From: Williopsis jadinii
Taxonomy: Eukaryota
NCBI GenBank assembly: GCA_024346625.1
Contig: AP024667.1
Coordinates: forward strand, 372,001 to 436,000
DNA: 64,000 bases
Direction: 5' to 3'
Position numbers and translations under genes: made by a program. The notes under the pieces were generated by a model. It was not told the origin of the DNA. It worked only from the letters and a program-made list of their open reading frames with translations, and ran no database searches. Below, piece by piece: positions 37,702 through 49,111 of this stretch (positions are counted from its first letter, which is position 1; every line of letters begins with the position of its first letter).

Positions 37702-39163
37702 ATGTCTCAAGGTACCTTGTACGTCGGTGAATACGCCAGATGCTTCCTCGTCAAGGGTCTCGTCGAGTTCTACAACTTGGACGTGACCGTTGCCGCTAAG
37801 GATGCTGCATACGAGAAGAACTTCCCATTGGCCAAGTACCCAGCTTTCCTTGGTCCAAAGGGCTACAAGTTGACTGAGGCCATTGCCGTTGTGTTGTACT
37901 GTAAGTATTTTGTTCTGTGCCATGTCTTTGGTGGTGGTTTTTGCTCTCAAGGTCTTGTACTTTTGCAATGATGATACTCCATTATTTTTTAAACAGTTAT
38001 CCCTGTCTTAATAGATCATGTCGAGAATTTTTACTCTGAAGAAAGTCCAGGAAACAGGAGATCACGATTGCATAACCTTCAATGGGGGCGTTGGCTTCGA
38101 GATAGAGGTGCGTTACTAACACTAGTTTCATAAAGTGCTCTCATTGACTGATGACAAGTCTCTCTTGGGTAAGAACGAGAAGGAATACGCTCAAATCATC
38201 AGATGGCTCTCATTTGCCAACTCTGAGTGGCTCCCAACTGCCGTTAAGGCATTCGGCCCAATCATTGGTAAGGTCCCATACAACAAGAAGCAAGTTACCG
38301 ATGCTACTGCTTACCTTGAGCAATTGGCTGCTGTCCTTGAAGCCAGACTCTCCGAGTTCACCTACTTGGTTGGCGAGAGATTGTCCATTGCTGACTTGTA
38401 CACTGCTTCTGTCTCCTACAGAGCCTTCCAATACTTGTTCGGTTCTGAGTGGAGAGCTGCTCACCCAGCCATCACCAGATGGTTCTCTACTGTCACAGCT
38501 CACCCAACTTTGGCCAAGACCTTTGCCGACTTCCAATTCATTGAGAAGCCAGTTGAGTACGTTGCACCAAAGAAGGAAAAGAAGGAGGCCGCTCCAAAGA
38601 AGGAGAAGAAGGAGGCTGCACCAAAGGCTGCTGCTGAAGAGCCAGCTGCTGCTCCAGCCGAGGAGAAGAAGCCAAAGCACCCATTGGAGCTCTTGGGTAA
38701 GTCCACCAAGTTCAACTTGGATGAGTGGAAGAGAACTTACTCTAACGAGGAGACCCGTGAGACTGCTCTGCCATGGTTCTGGGAACACTACGACCCAACT
38801 GAGTGGTCCTTGTGGAGAGTCGACTACAAGTACAACGATGAGTTGACCTTGACCTTCATGTCCAACAACTTGCTCGGTGGTTTCTTCAACCGTTTGTCAG
38901 GCTCCACCAAGTACCTCTTTGGTTCTGGTGTTGTCTACGGTGAGAACAACAACAACGGTATTGTTGCTGTTTTCCTCGTCAGAGGTGACAAGCACGAGCC
39001 AGCCTTCGACGTCGCTCCAGACTGGGAGTCCTACACCTTCTCCCAATTGGACGCAACCAAGCCAGAGGACAAGGAGTTCGTTGAGGATGTCTTTGCCTGG
39101 GACAAGCCATTGTTGATCAACGGCGAGAAGAGAGAAATCGCTGATGGTAAGGTCTTCAAGTAA
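37702..39163 (+). CDS. CAM1: Translation elongation factor eEF1B gamma, spliced (CAM1/TEF4 orthologue)
   Basis: Exon 1 37702-37900, intron 37901-38135 (GTAAGT, TACTAAC at 38114, in-frame AAG acceptor), exon 2 38136-39163. GST-like N-domain, KPKHPLELLG and FDVAPDWESY; strong codon bias. Confidence 0.95.
37960..38046 (+). ncRNA. SNR38: Intronic box C/D snoRNA, snR38-like
   Basis: Box C ATGATGA at 37968. Guide CAGTTATCCCTGT (37994-38006) is complementary to the conserved LSU rRNA sequence ACAGGGAUAACUG. D'-like CTTA at 38007, box D CTGA at 38036 and ACTTT/AAAGT terminal stem. The TEF4 intron hosts snR38 in S. cerevisiae. Confidence 0.9.
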
Positions 39164-39339
39164 ACGCAGTTCACGCATTCTTCTTTTTAGTTTAGTATGG
39201 TTAATAATGGATTGTTGAAATACAACAAGTGATGAGTATATATAAGCACAACACGTTGCTGTAGTGATTAGATCTCACTGAGGCGGCCCCGTAACCCTGG
39301 TGATGAGATTAAGGTTCCAGCACTCCCGAAGCAAGCAGG

Positions 39340-39366
39340 CCGGGTAACTCAGGGACTACAACGCGT
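39340..39366. promoter_or_regulatory. Reb1 site (CCGGGTAA) and MCB (ACGCGT) upstream of MNN9
   Basis: CCGGGTAA at 39340-39347 and ACGCGT at 39361-39366. Confidence 0.55.
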
Positions 39367-39488
39367 GCGAAAACGAAAAACAGCGAAAAAAGCACAGGCA
39401 AAAAAACGACATTTCGAATCTAAGCAGACGAAATTGCCAGCTTCACAGAGTGTTTTTAAGCAAAGAAGTAGATCCTTTTATTTGGTGA

Positions 39489-40610
<1,122 letters not shown>

Positions 40611-40687
40611 ACAACACATTCCAATCTCTATCCTAGAAGACATTGCACTTTCACATTATGAATGCAAACAACTAATCCATATCGTTG

Positions 40688-41971
40688 TCACATTATACAC
40701 GTATTGATGGCCTGTAGCGTCGCCCTGCTGGGGTTAACCTTCTTAACACTTGATATCTTTGCGAGATGCTTCTTGACGACGTCCTTGGTGACCAATAAAT
40801 TCGGTTCAAGTTCCCATTGTAGGTTGTAGCGAGTCGCCAGCAGTGCTAATGCCACACCAGGGGAGAGATCAGTACCCGATTCACATAGTATAAGTATACA
40901 ATTGTACTGTAGCGAGAGTATCTGAGGAAGATGCTTCCTAAGTTCATTGGAACCCTTCTTAGAACACGACAATGGGAAGTGGATTACACGGGGATCAGGG
41001 GAGGTGTACTTCTCGCTCAAAAGAAGTACTGTATCAAACTGCTGATCAAAACTATCAGCATTATGTGTTATTTGACCGATACTGATACCGCTTGTTAACA
41101 CCACAACGTCTTGTACCGAGCAGTCTCCTGGTGTGTTCTCGTCTACCAAGGTCCTCGTCAAGTCTAAAATTTCCCCATCATTCAGCGATTTATCCAACAG
41201 CTTCTCCCTATTCTTCCAAAAGGACTGGGAAGTCAAGTTTCCAGCCCAGAGCTCATGATCATCAGCTGCTCCTTGGACATAGACGTATCCATTCATTTTC
41301 TTCATACCATCGTCTGCGCGTTGACTAGCAACACAACATATCACAGGGTGGAAGTCTTCGTACTCTCCCACTTGTTCCAGTGGCAACATCTGGCCTGGAT
41401 ATACCCATAGTGGTCTCAGATATTTGCCGCCGAGCTTCTGCTTCAACTCCTCTGGAGATGTCAGTCCCAACTCAAGCACTCTTTCAGCAAACTGAGGAAT
41501 GAGGTTCGCCATTGAATGGGCCTCGTTCCTCGACACGAACTGGCCTGGTGTAAAGAGCCAGTTGTTTGATTCCGTGCCATGTTGAGGGTTCATGATGTAG
41601 TTCAACGTGGCACACCATAGCGGCACTGTCTTGGACAGCGCATCCGGGATGGTCTTCCCTCTTCTCGTAGAGTCAACGAGAATGATGCCATTATGAGAGT
41701 TGATCAAGGGCAGGAGGTGGAAGTTCAGACGTCTTGTACTGAAAGACCATTCGTTCGTATGTCCGTCCGTCGACTTGAAGTACGCGGTGTCCACAACATC
41801 GTGTGGATCAACATACCACAGTCCACACCTCTCGTTGGGGACCAAGGGCCTTGCATAGCTCTCGTGGACCTCTCTCACCCAACAAGAATCCCAGTCGATC
41901 GAATGGAGCCTATTCCTTATGGACCTTTGCGGCTTTAAAACCTCTTTTACCGCAACTTCCATACAGTCCAT
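40688..41971 (-). CDS. RIT1: Initiator tRNA 2'-O-ribosyl phosphate transferase
   Basis: PNERCGLWY, YFKSTDGH, VDSTRRGK...PDALSKTVPLW, YVQGAADDHELWA and NPSRATLQAIN. Confidence 0.95.
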   Translation of the reverse strand: MDCMEVAVKEVLKPQRSIRNRLHSIDWDSCWVREVHESYARPLVPNERCGLWYVDPHDVVDTAYFKSTDGHTNEWSFSTRRLNFHLLPLINSHNGIILVDSTRRGKTIPDALSKTVPLWCATLNYIMNPQHGTESNNWLFTPGQFVSRNEAHSMANLIPQFAERVLELGLTSPEELKQKLGGKYLRPLWVYPGQMLPLEQVGEYEDFHPVICCVASQRADDGMKKMNGYVYVQGAADDHELWAGNLTSQSFWKNREKLLDKSLNDGEILDLTRTLVDENTPGDCSVQDVVVLTSGISIGQITHNADSFDQQFDTVLLLSEKYTSPDPRVIHFPLSCSKKGSNELRKHLPQILSLQYNCILILCESGTDLSPGVALALLATRYNLQWELEPNLLVTKDVVKKHLAKISSVKKVNPSRATLQAINTCIM

Positions 41972-42516
41972 AACTCAGCAGCAACCTCACAGCGCACATG
42001 GACCCCAAAATACCACAACTTCCAGCCCATAAAATCGTGCAATGTGCATGATGATGAACTGCCATGGAAGACATATTTCCCGCCAACTTGAGCTCGCATA
42101 ACTACTGAATTGGGTATATTCCCTCTATGGGATGCTCACCAAGCTGTGTATCTCCGAAACGTTTGTACTGGTGTCACGTGACACCAGTACAAAACTTTCG
42201 GTATTAAGGCGGAGATAATTATGTCGCAGCGTGGGACGGCTTCGGATTTACAGACCAGGAGGAGCCATTTTGAAGCATGAGTACTAACAGTGGTGGACAG
42301 TGTGTTTACCTTTATGCGACATATCATTGGCCCATAGTGTCCCTTAAGGTACCAATGTTGTGATGCATGGGGGACTCCAGATGCGTACGCGTGGTTTTTA
42401 TGTGGGATGAGATTGCTGGAAAGGTATATAAGCAACCATGAAGCCTTGCTTTGTTCACCTCTCAGATTGAAGTCCCCAGAGAGTATACATAGACACAGAT
42501 TACGATATTCAAGGCA

Positions 42517-43710
42517 ATGTCACTTACAGCAGCACAAAAGGGGATCATCAAGGCATCCATTCCATTCTTGGAGCAACATGGTGTTGAGTTAACATCATCT
42601 TTCTACCAACACATGTTCTCGACTCACCCAGAGGTTAAGGACTACTTCAACCTGGCTCACCAGGGACCAAACGGTGCGCAGCCACGTATCCTTGCTTACT
42701 CCTTGTTGCAGTACGCAAAGAACATTGACGATTTGACCCCATTGACTGCCTTTGTCAAGGGAATTGTTGAGAAGCACGTTGGTTTGCAAGTTTTCCCTGC
42801 ACAGTACGACATTGTGGGCTCATGTCTCTTAACAACCTTGAAGAAGATGGTTGGTGAGGGCGCCACACCAGAGTTCATGGAGGCATGGAAGGATGCCTAT
42901 TACCAATTGGCCAACCTTTTGATCAAGCTCGAAGCTGATCGTTACGCCGAAGTTGAAGGTACTGCCAACGGTTGGAAAGGCTGGAAACCTGCAAAGATTG
43001 TTAAAATTGAGCAGGAATCCGACTCTGTCAAGTCATTCCACTTACAATTCGACGATGGCAAGTACGTTACTCCACAACCAGGGCAGTACGTCACAGTTAA
43101 GACCCAGATTGGTGACGACATCGAAACCAGAGAGTACTCCATTTCATCCGAGTTCACCGATGAGTACAAGGAGTACAGAATTTCCGTCAAGAGATTGGAG
43201 AACGGTAAGGCATCAAACTTCATCCATGACAACTTGAGAGTTGGTGACTATTTGCCAATTACTGTTCCATACGGAATCTTGAAGCCAGCCGAGGTTAAAG
43301 AAACCGCACCAATTACCTTCTTCGTTGGTGGTATCGGTGTCACCCCAACTGTCTCATTGATCGAGTACTACTTGAAACAGGGAAACAAGGTGACCTTGCA
43401 CTACTCGAACCGTAATGACCATGAACGTGTCTTTGCTCCAATATTCGAGAAATTGTTGAAGAACGACAACTTCAAGCTGTATGAGTACGTCACTGACTCC
43501 AAGTTGCCAGCCACAACAGACGCTAAGCACACAATCGCACACCATAGAATTACAGAGGATATCTTGAATCAATTGACCTTATCTCCAGATGAGCACTACT
43601 TCGTCCTTGGTCCAGTTACGTACATGGAGGTTGTTACAGGCTTCTTGACGCTGTCAAAGGTTGACAACGAAAGAGTACACTGCGAGCAATTCGGCCCAAC
43701 CCACGTTTGA
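42517..43710 (+). CDS. YHB1: Flavohemoglobin (nitric oxide dioxygenase)
   Basis: Globin domain (FYQHMF...HPE, EKHVGL), then FAD/NAD domains (PGQY, REYSIS, GGIGVTP, EQFGP). TATATAA at about 42425. Confidence 0.95.
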   Translation: MSLTAAQKGIIKASIPFLEQHGVELTSSFYQHMFSTHPEVKDYFNLAHQGPNGAQPRILAYSLLQYAKNIDDLTPLTAFVKGIVEKHVGLQVFPAQYDIVGSCLLTTLKKMVGEGATPEFMEAWKDAYYQLANLLIKLEADRYAEVEGTANGWKGWKPAKIVKIEQESDSVKSFHLQFDDGKYVTPQPGQYVTVKTQIGDDIETREYSISSEFTDEYKEYRISVKRLENGKASNFIHDNLRVGDYLPITVPYGILKPAEVKETAPITFFVGGIGVTPTVSLIEYYLKQGNKVTLHYSNRNDHERVFAPIFEKLLKNDNFKLYEYVTDSKLPATTDAKHTIAHHRITEDILNQLTLSPDEHYFVLGPVTYMEVVTGFLTLSKVDNERVHCEQFGPTHV

Positions 43711-44082
43711 GGTGGTGTGAAATATACATACTGGTGCCGTCATGGCTGGTAACGCCCATATAATCTCTTCTAACTATTATGTCAATGAAATAAATGATTT
43801 ACATTAATTACATGAAATGCCCTGTAGAAAGAGCTCTTGCACAAGCGTTGCAACGAGTCCTGCAGGGGAGAACAACCTTGAGGCACATCGATGTATTTGC
43901 AACTTGTAGAGGCACAGATGAACCATACAGCGCTCACATGGCTAACCCATTAGCTGCGTTAATTGTGATTGGCGTTGCACAGGGGCCTCATGGCACGTGA
44001 TTACGCTATTCTGTTTTACCCAAAACGACACTGCTTATCGGGAATTAAACTTTCTCACGTCCAACGGTTGCGCAAAAGCACG

Positions 44083-44124
44083 AAACAAAGTGCAAAAAAC
44101 AAAGTGCAAAAAACAAAGTGCAAA
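44083..44124. repeat. 14-bp tandem repeat AAACAAAGTGCAAA x3 upstream of PDE2
   Basis: Exact units at 44083, 44097 and 44111. A separate (CGAAAA)4 run lies at 44237-44260. Confidence 0.9.
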
Positions 44125-44774
44125 AACCGTTACACACAACCCAATCTGCTTGGAGTTGCACCATTGGCACTGCAAAATTTGCACAGAGCACAGCGACAAA
44201 GAAAGCGAAAGCAAAAAGAAAAGTCAAAAACACATACGAAAACGAAAACGAAAACGAAAACGGCCAAACGCGCCGCGGATGAAGGAAAAACCACTTGCAC
44301 AAAATTCCTGAGGTTTACCCTTTTTGATAATTTTCTCCCCTTTCATGTGTAAATTGCAGCGAACGTTTGAGTCGTTCTTTCGCATTTTCCCTCCCCCTTG
44401 CCAAATTTGTGCTAGTGTTCCTTTCTTTTCTTTTCTTTTCATTTCATATCCTCTGATAACACTATTCTTTAAAGGAAGCTTGTGTGTGCTTTGATCCGTC
44501 GTTGTTACTATACGCTGCTCCATAGGAAAGCTGCTTTGGAGAGCTTGTTAACCTGTTGATCCATACGGCATTTTATTTACTTTGCGGTGTCTGAGCTAGG
44601 TGCTTCTTTCTGCCCATTTTCCACCAGTATCCACACCTCCGTATCGATAGAGCGAAGCAGCAGCAGGATACACTGTGCGGTTGAGTTGGAAGAGACCACG
44701 AGATAGAGTCGAACCAAGACGGGAGAGCTCAGCGTAAGAGACAGGGTATCGCCTACAGAGACAGAGAAAGAGTA

Positions 44775-46397
44775 ATGTCCCGAGTGATTTACCTTTATAC
44801 AGGGCCTGCTGAACAGGCACGTGAGAGGGCTAAGTTGTACGAGGTTGGGACGCGTGCATCTTTCATCCATACGACTGATAAGCTATCCGTTGTGATAAAG
44901 TTCATCAGCGTTGTTGGTAAGTCGGACTTGGACCTGAATTATCCCACCATCTTTATCATCAGCGACGACGTTGGTGATGGTTCCATCACCGCGGCTGAGC
45001 GCGAGCTTGATGCCCTAGTGTTTGAGGATATCCGTACGCTGTTAGAGGAGCACTACAGACATTTGAACGTGCTGGTGTACAAGGAATCGCTGTTGAACAT
45101 GCTTGAGGTCCGTGCTACTGTGGAGAAATACCACAGGCTCTTGAAGAACAGGCTATTGAGGATGAAAACATGGGCTGGCTTAAACAACGAGGAGGCCGTG
45201 GACTGTCCTATGATTTATTCCATGCCGAACTGTTTAAAAATGATTATGAATACGAGTGACGAGAGATCAACAATGTTGAGGGAATATATACTCAAGATCA
45301 ACAAAGCTGTTAATTTTGAGAAGTTGTTATCCTGCTCCCGTCCCTCTTTCAGCTTTTACCAAAGTGCTATAGGCTCATGGGGATTCATTGCACATGAATT
45401 GTCCTGCGACGAGTCCACTGTGTGTGCCTACGCCATGTTTAAACATACGTTGGCTCAACTTCCACCTTCTTCGCCGTTGATGATTTCCAACAACGATCTA
45501 ATGTCTTTCTTGTTTGCCATTAGAGATTCATACCGTGGTGGTAATGCGTTCCATAACTTTCGTCATGCCGTGGATGTCTTACAAGCGACTTTTTACCTGT
45601 TGATACGGCTTGGAGCCCTTCCTACACCTGAAGGGTTTTCCGTCGATATAGAAGGCGTACCAACCTCGGTTCACCAACCTACAATACCTGCACTCTTGGA
45701 TGCTGAGAACTGCTTGACACTTCTGTTAGCATCTGTGGGCCATGATGTGGGTCATCCAGGACTGACAAACGATTTCCTTGCAAAGTTCAAAGCGCCTTTG
45801 AATACTGTGTTTTCATCCAAGGCAGTACTAGAGAGCTTCCACTCTTCATGGTTTAAGCGTTGTTTACGCCTTCATTGGCCAGTATTCCTGCGAGAGCCTT
45901 GGAACAAATTACAAACTGAAACGATATTGGCTACAGATATGGCTTCTCACTTTGGTTATGTTAAAAAGATACAAGGGCTGGTCAAAACAGGCCAACAGTT
46001 GAAGGATCCGAGTGATGTTGTTGTGTTGATGTCTATCATCATCAAATGTGCAGATATCTCTAACGTTACACGCCCACTAAACGTTTCATCACGCTGGGGT
46101 ATCATTCTCACACGCGAGTTCAACGAAATTGCAGAATTGTCCAAGCACTTGTCAGCAAATTCTGACTTATATCCAATTGTGGATCCTAGGGAGGAACCTC
46201 ACCTCCCATTGACTTACCAGAAGGCAATTGAAGAGAGTCCTCAGCTACCAAAGAGCCAAATGTTCTTCATATCACATTTTGCCGATGCAATGTTCAAAGA
46301 AGTTGCAGCATTGATACCAGAATTCGCATTCATGTATGAGGTACTACAAGCCAATACCAAGGTCTGGAAGAGCGCTATCGAACCAGCAGCTGCCTAA
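44775..46397 (+). CDS. PDE2: High-affinity class I cAMP phosphodiesterase
   Basis: FHNFRHAVDVLQA, HDVGHPGLTN, ILATDMASH and KCADISNVTRP. Convergent with VTS1. Confidence 0.94.
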   Translation: MSRVIYLYTGPAEQARERAKLYEVGTRASFIHTTDKLSVVIKFISVVGKSDLDLNYPTIFIISDDVGDGSITAAERELDALVFEDIRTLLEEHYRHLNVLVYKESLLNMLEVRATVEKYHRLLKNRLLRMKTWAGLNNEEAVDCPMIYSMPNCLKMIMNTSDERSTMLREYILKINKAVNFEKLLSCSRPSFSFYQSAIGSWGFIAHELSCDESTVCAYAMFKHTLAQLPPSSPLMISNNDLMSFLFAIRDSYRGGNAFHNFRHAVDVLQATFYLLIRLGALPTPEGFSVDIEGVPTSVHQPTIPALLDAENCLTLLLASVGHDVGHPGLTNDFLAKFKAPLNTVFSSKAVLESFHSSWFKRCLRLHWPVFLREPWNKLQTETILATDMASHFGYVKKIQGLVKTGQQLKDPSDVVVLMSIIIKCADISNVTRPLNVSSRWGIILTREFNEIAELSKHLSANSDLYPIVDPREEPHLPLTYQKAIEESPQLPKSQMFFISHFADAMFKEVAALIPEFAFMYEVLQANTKVWKSAIEPAAA

Positions 46398-46677
46398 AAC
46401 AACATATCATGAGCCGATTGATGTTGCTCATCAGCCCGCTACTTGCACTAATATTTTTCTTTCTGTTTGCATATTTCCCCTAGATTACGAAGTTGATTTT
46501 CTCTACATTAGCCATGAGAACCTGTTCTTTATATTTATTTGATACTTGATTAATAACATAAAGAGTGAAAGCTCAACCCTAATAACACGAAATTATTATG
46601 ATCTTGGTGATTCCTTTTCCTCTCCCTTCACTTTTGGTGCACAGTATTGTAGCCTCAAGAGCTGCAGTGCTAAGAAC

Positions 46678-48216
46678 TCATTCAATGAGACCATCTTCGT
46701 AGTGTTGTTTAACAACATCAAATGCCTTCAGCAATTTACCACGAGCACCCATGGCGGTAACACCACGTTGTTCCAGTTGTTCATCGCTGAGATAGATGAG
46801 CTCCTTCCAGGGAATGCCATCTAGTGCTGCTGTATATTTGTGCAATCTCAAAGTCTTTAACCATGCAGGTATGTCGTTCAACAACTTTAGACTGGTGATT
46901 TGCTTAGCATTGACCGCTGGTGATTTTGGAGACGCGGTTTGTTGGCCCTTTTGAGGACTCGAATGCTGTAACTGTGGTGTGTAGTGCTTGCCATTACCGC
47001 CTTGACTATGAGTGTGTGCGTGTGTATGGCTATTAAGCGAACGTTGAGGATTCATACTGACCGATTCGTGTAACCCACCACGTTGTGGTGGTGGAACACT
47101 TGACGTTGTGCGCGTATAGCTGTCGTTATAGGCCAGCACCCTGCCACGTTCACCTGCAGCAGCATACTGTTGCTGTTGTTGCTGCTGCTGTTGCTGCTGA
47201 GCCTGTTGCTGTTGCTGTTGCTGTTGTTGATGATGCTGTTGTTGTTGTTGCTGCTGCTGTTGCTGCTGCTTCTGCTTACGCTGAGACTCTAACTGCGTTC
47301 TAGAGTTGATCGTAGACAAAGCAGATAGCTTCAGTGCAGCACTGTTATGGCCATCTCTTTTACTAGGACTGTAATCGTTCGAAACATGTGCCTGCTGTGT
47401 CAACTGTTGAGCGAGACTTGTGATGTCAAACCGATCATAACGGGGCTGTGGTTGAACCAACTGTGGCCTAAAGTCCTGCTCATGGCCAGTACGGTGTGCA
47501 AACGGGTCCGCACTTCGAGATCTCGTGTTATCCAAGAATTGCTGCTGCTGTGAAAGAGCATGCTGGGCAGAGTTCGACCAGGCAGAAGTTGCAGTGGGGG
47601 CAATGACCGTTGGAGAAAACGAGCCGTCAGGTTGCATGTTGTTTAACATGGAGTCCAGTGCCAATGGAGGCTCAACGGACTGGAAGATCCTGTTTTCAAA
47701 CTGTTGTTGCTGCGGCGATGAGTCCAATTTCAGCCTGGCATAGTAATAGATATCGTCCGGGAGGCATGACAAGAGATTATCAACAACGGTGCGTTGCTGG
47801 TTCGAATCCAGAGTGCCCATCCAGGAGATGAGGTTTGCAACGTCGTTCTTAAAAGTCAACGAGTCCAGCTCCATGGAGCTCAGCGGACGCTCAGGAACTT
47901 GCGTGGTGGAGCCGGCCCCCGTTGTGGAGCTCGCGGCGGGTCCAAAGTTGAAGCCCTGGGCACTTAAGGGTCTTTGCATTCCAGAGCCATGGAACTGGGA
48001 GATCAGGCCATTGGACACGTCGATGATTGGGGACATTGGCCTAGTTGGATTTGCCAGTTCTCCTTCGTAGGCGAATGACGAGATGAATGGCTCAGGGGAC
48101 AGCGTCTTGGAGGATAAGAGCGCAGCACCTGGATGCTGCTGGGAGGGAGGGACATTATTAATGGAGCGTAAAGCACCGTCTTCCAGACGCTTCTCCAGCT
48201 CAGAGTCCTGTGGCAT
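46678..48216 (-). CDS. VTS1: Smaug-family SAM-domain RNA-binding protein
   Basis: C-terminal DIPAWLKTLRLHKY...GARGKLLKAF and a polyQ tract at about 47168-47275. Confidence 0.93.
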   Translation of the reverse strand: MPQDSELEKRLEDGALRSINNVPPSQQHPGAALLSSKTLSPEPFISSFAYEGELANPTRPMSPIIDVSNGLISQFHGSGMQRPLSAQGFNFGPAASSTTGAGSTTQVPERPLSSMELDSLTFKNDVANLISWMGTLDSNQQRTVVDNLLSCLPDDIYYYARLKLDSSPQQQQFENRIFQSVEPPLALDSMLNNMQPDGSFSPTVIAPTATSAWSNSAQHALSQQQQFLDNTRSRSADPFAHRTGHEQDFRPQLVQPQPRYDRFDITSLAQQLTQQAHVSNDYSPSKRDGHNSAALKLSALSTINSRTQLESQRKQKQQQQQQQQQQQHHQQQQQQQQQAQQQQQQQQQQQYAAAGERGRVLAYNDSYTRTTSSVPPPQRGGLHESVSMNPQRSLNSHTHAHTHSQGGNGKHYTPQLQHSSPQKGQQTASPKSPAVNAKQITSLKLLNDIPAWLKTLRLHKYTAALDGIPWKELIYLSDEQLEQRGVTAMGARGKLLKAFDVVKQHYEDGLIE

Positions 48217-49111
48217 GGTCGTCGTCGTCGTCGTCGTCTTCTTCTCCTTCTTCGTCCAGCGTTAGTGTGTGCCTAATTGACTAAGGAGAAAGAGCCGTTG
48301 AGAAAGAAATGCTCTTTCCTTTATTCGTCTACTTCTCCCAAGGGCGTACTTCCCGGGTAAATTTTTCTTTTTTGAACCTGGGCCCCACCACCAGCGCTGG
48401 ATTTTTTCTCTTCCTCCTGGGGGGGGGGGGGCGGTGGGCGTGCACTAGCGCTGTGAAATTTTAAGGGGGAAGGGGAGATGTTTGGGTGTTTCTTCGCTAC
48501 GTGCAGCTTTCACCACGGACAATCATGGGAGCCCTAAAAAGTTTAGGCGGACGCTTCCCTTCGACGGACAGCGAGCACACACGTTCCCAGCCAAAAAAAC
48601 ACACACACAACGAAAAGCAGCAGGAAACGCAGCCAGAGCCGTATGGTTCAAACGCAATTGGTGGAAAGTAGTCACAACATTGCTTAGTGCTTAGTGCTGC
48701 AGTGTGTTGGTTTCCAATAGCAGGGAGAACCATCCTTTTGTATCGTGCTTTCTTTGTATGTGCATTTCGCTCGTAGTATATATATATAGCTTGTTTTTTT
48801 TGTTTACATGTCATCATGATGAGATAGGCCCAGGAGGGAAAATGTCAACAGGTTTTGTTAGGCGGGGGCCTTGGTGTACAGCCAGATTTAACGGAGGACG
48901 TTGCTGGCCTGGGGCCCACAGGTTGCCATTGGCCCAGGCGAGCGCGCGCGCTTCCCCCGAGAACCGGAAGGGCAAGCGTGTGCGCGCACAAAGGTCCGGA
49001 GAGCTTGTTGAGCTTGTTGACACATAACTGTAGCGTTAACATAGTTGCGGCGGGCGGTGCGATAGACGACTCATTCCACCACTCTGGAGACGCTGTTGTG
49101 CTTCAGTTGCC

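Noticed and set aside
42048..42112. ATGATGA...CTGA pair upstream of RIT1 as a possible C/D snoRNA
   Set aside because: Only about 60 nt with a weak terminal stem, and I could not identify an rRNA or snRNA complement. A snoscan/Infernal run would be needed.
47799..47809. GGTTCGAATCC, a tRNA T-loop/B-box-like sequence
   Set aside because: Inside the VTS1 coding region with no cloverleaf or A-box around it.
48250..48349. Possible 5' UTR intron of VTS1 (GTACGC ... CACTAAC ... AAG on the minus strand)
   Set aside because: All signals are degenerate and nothing in the reading frame requires splicing.
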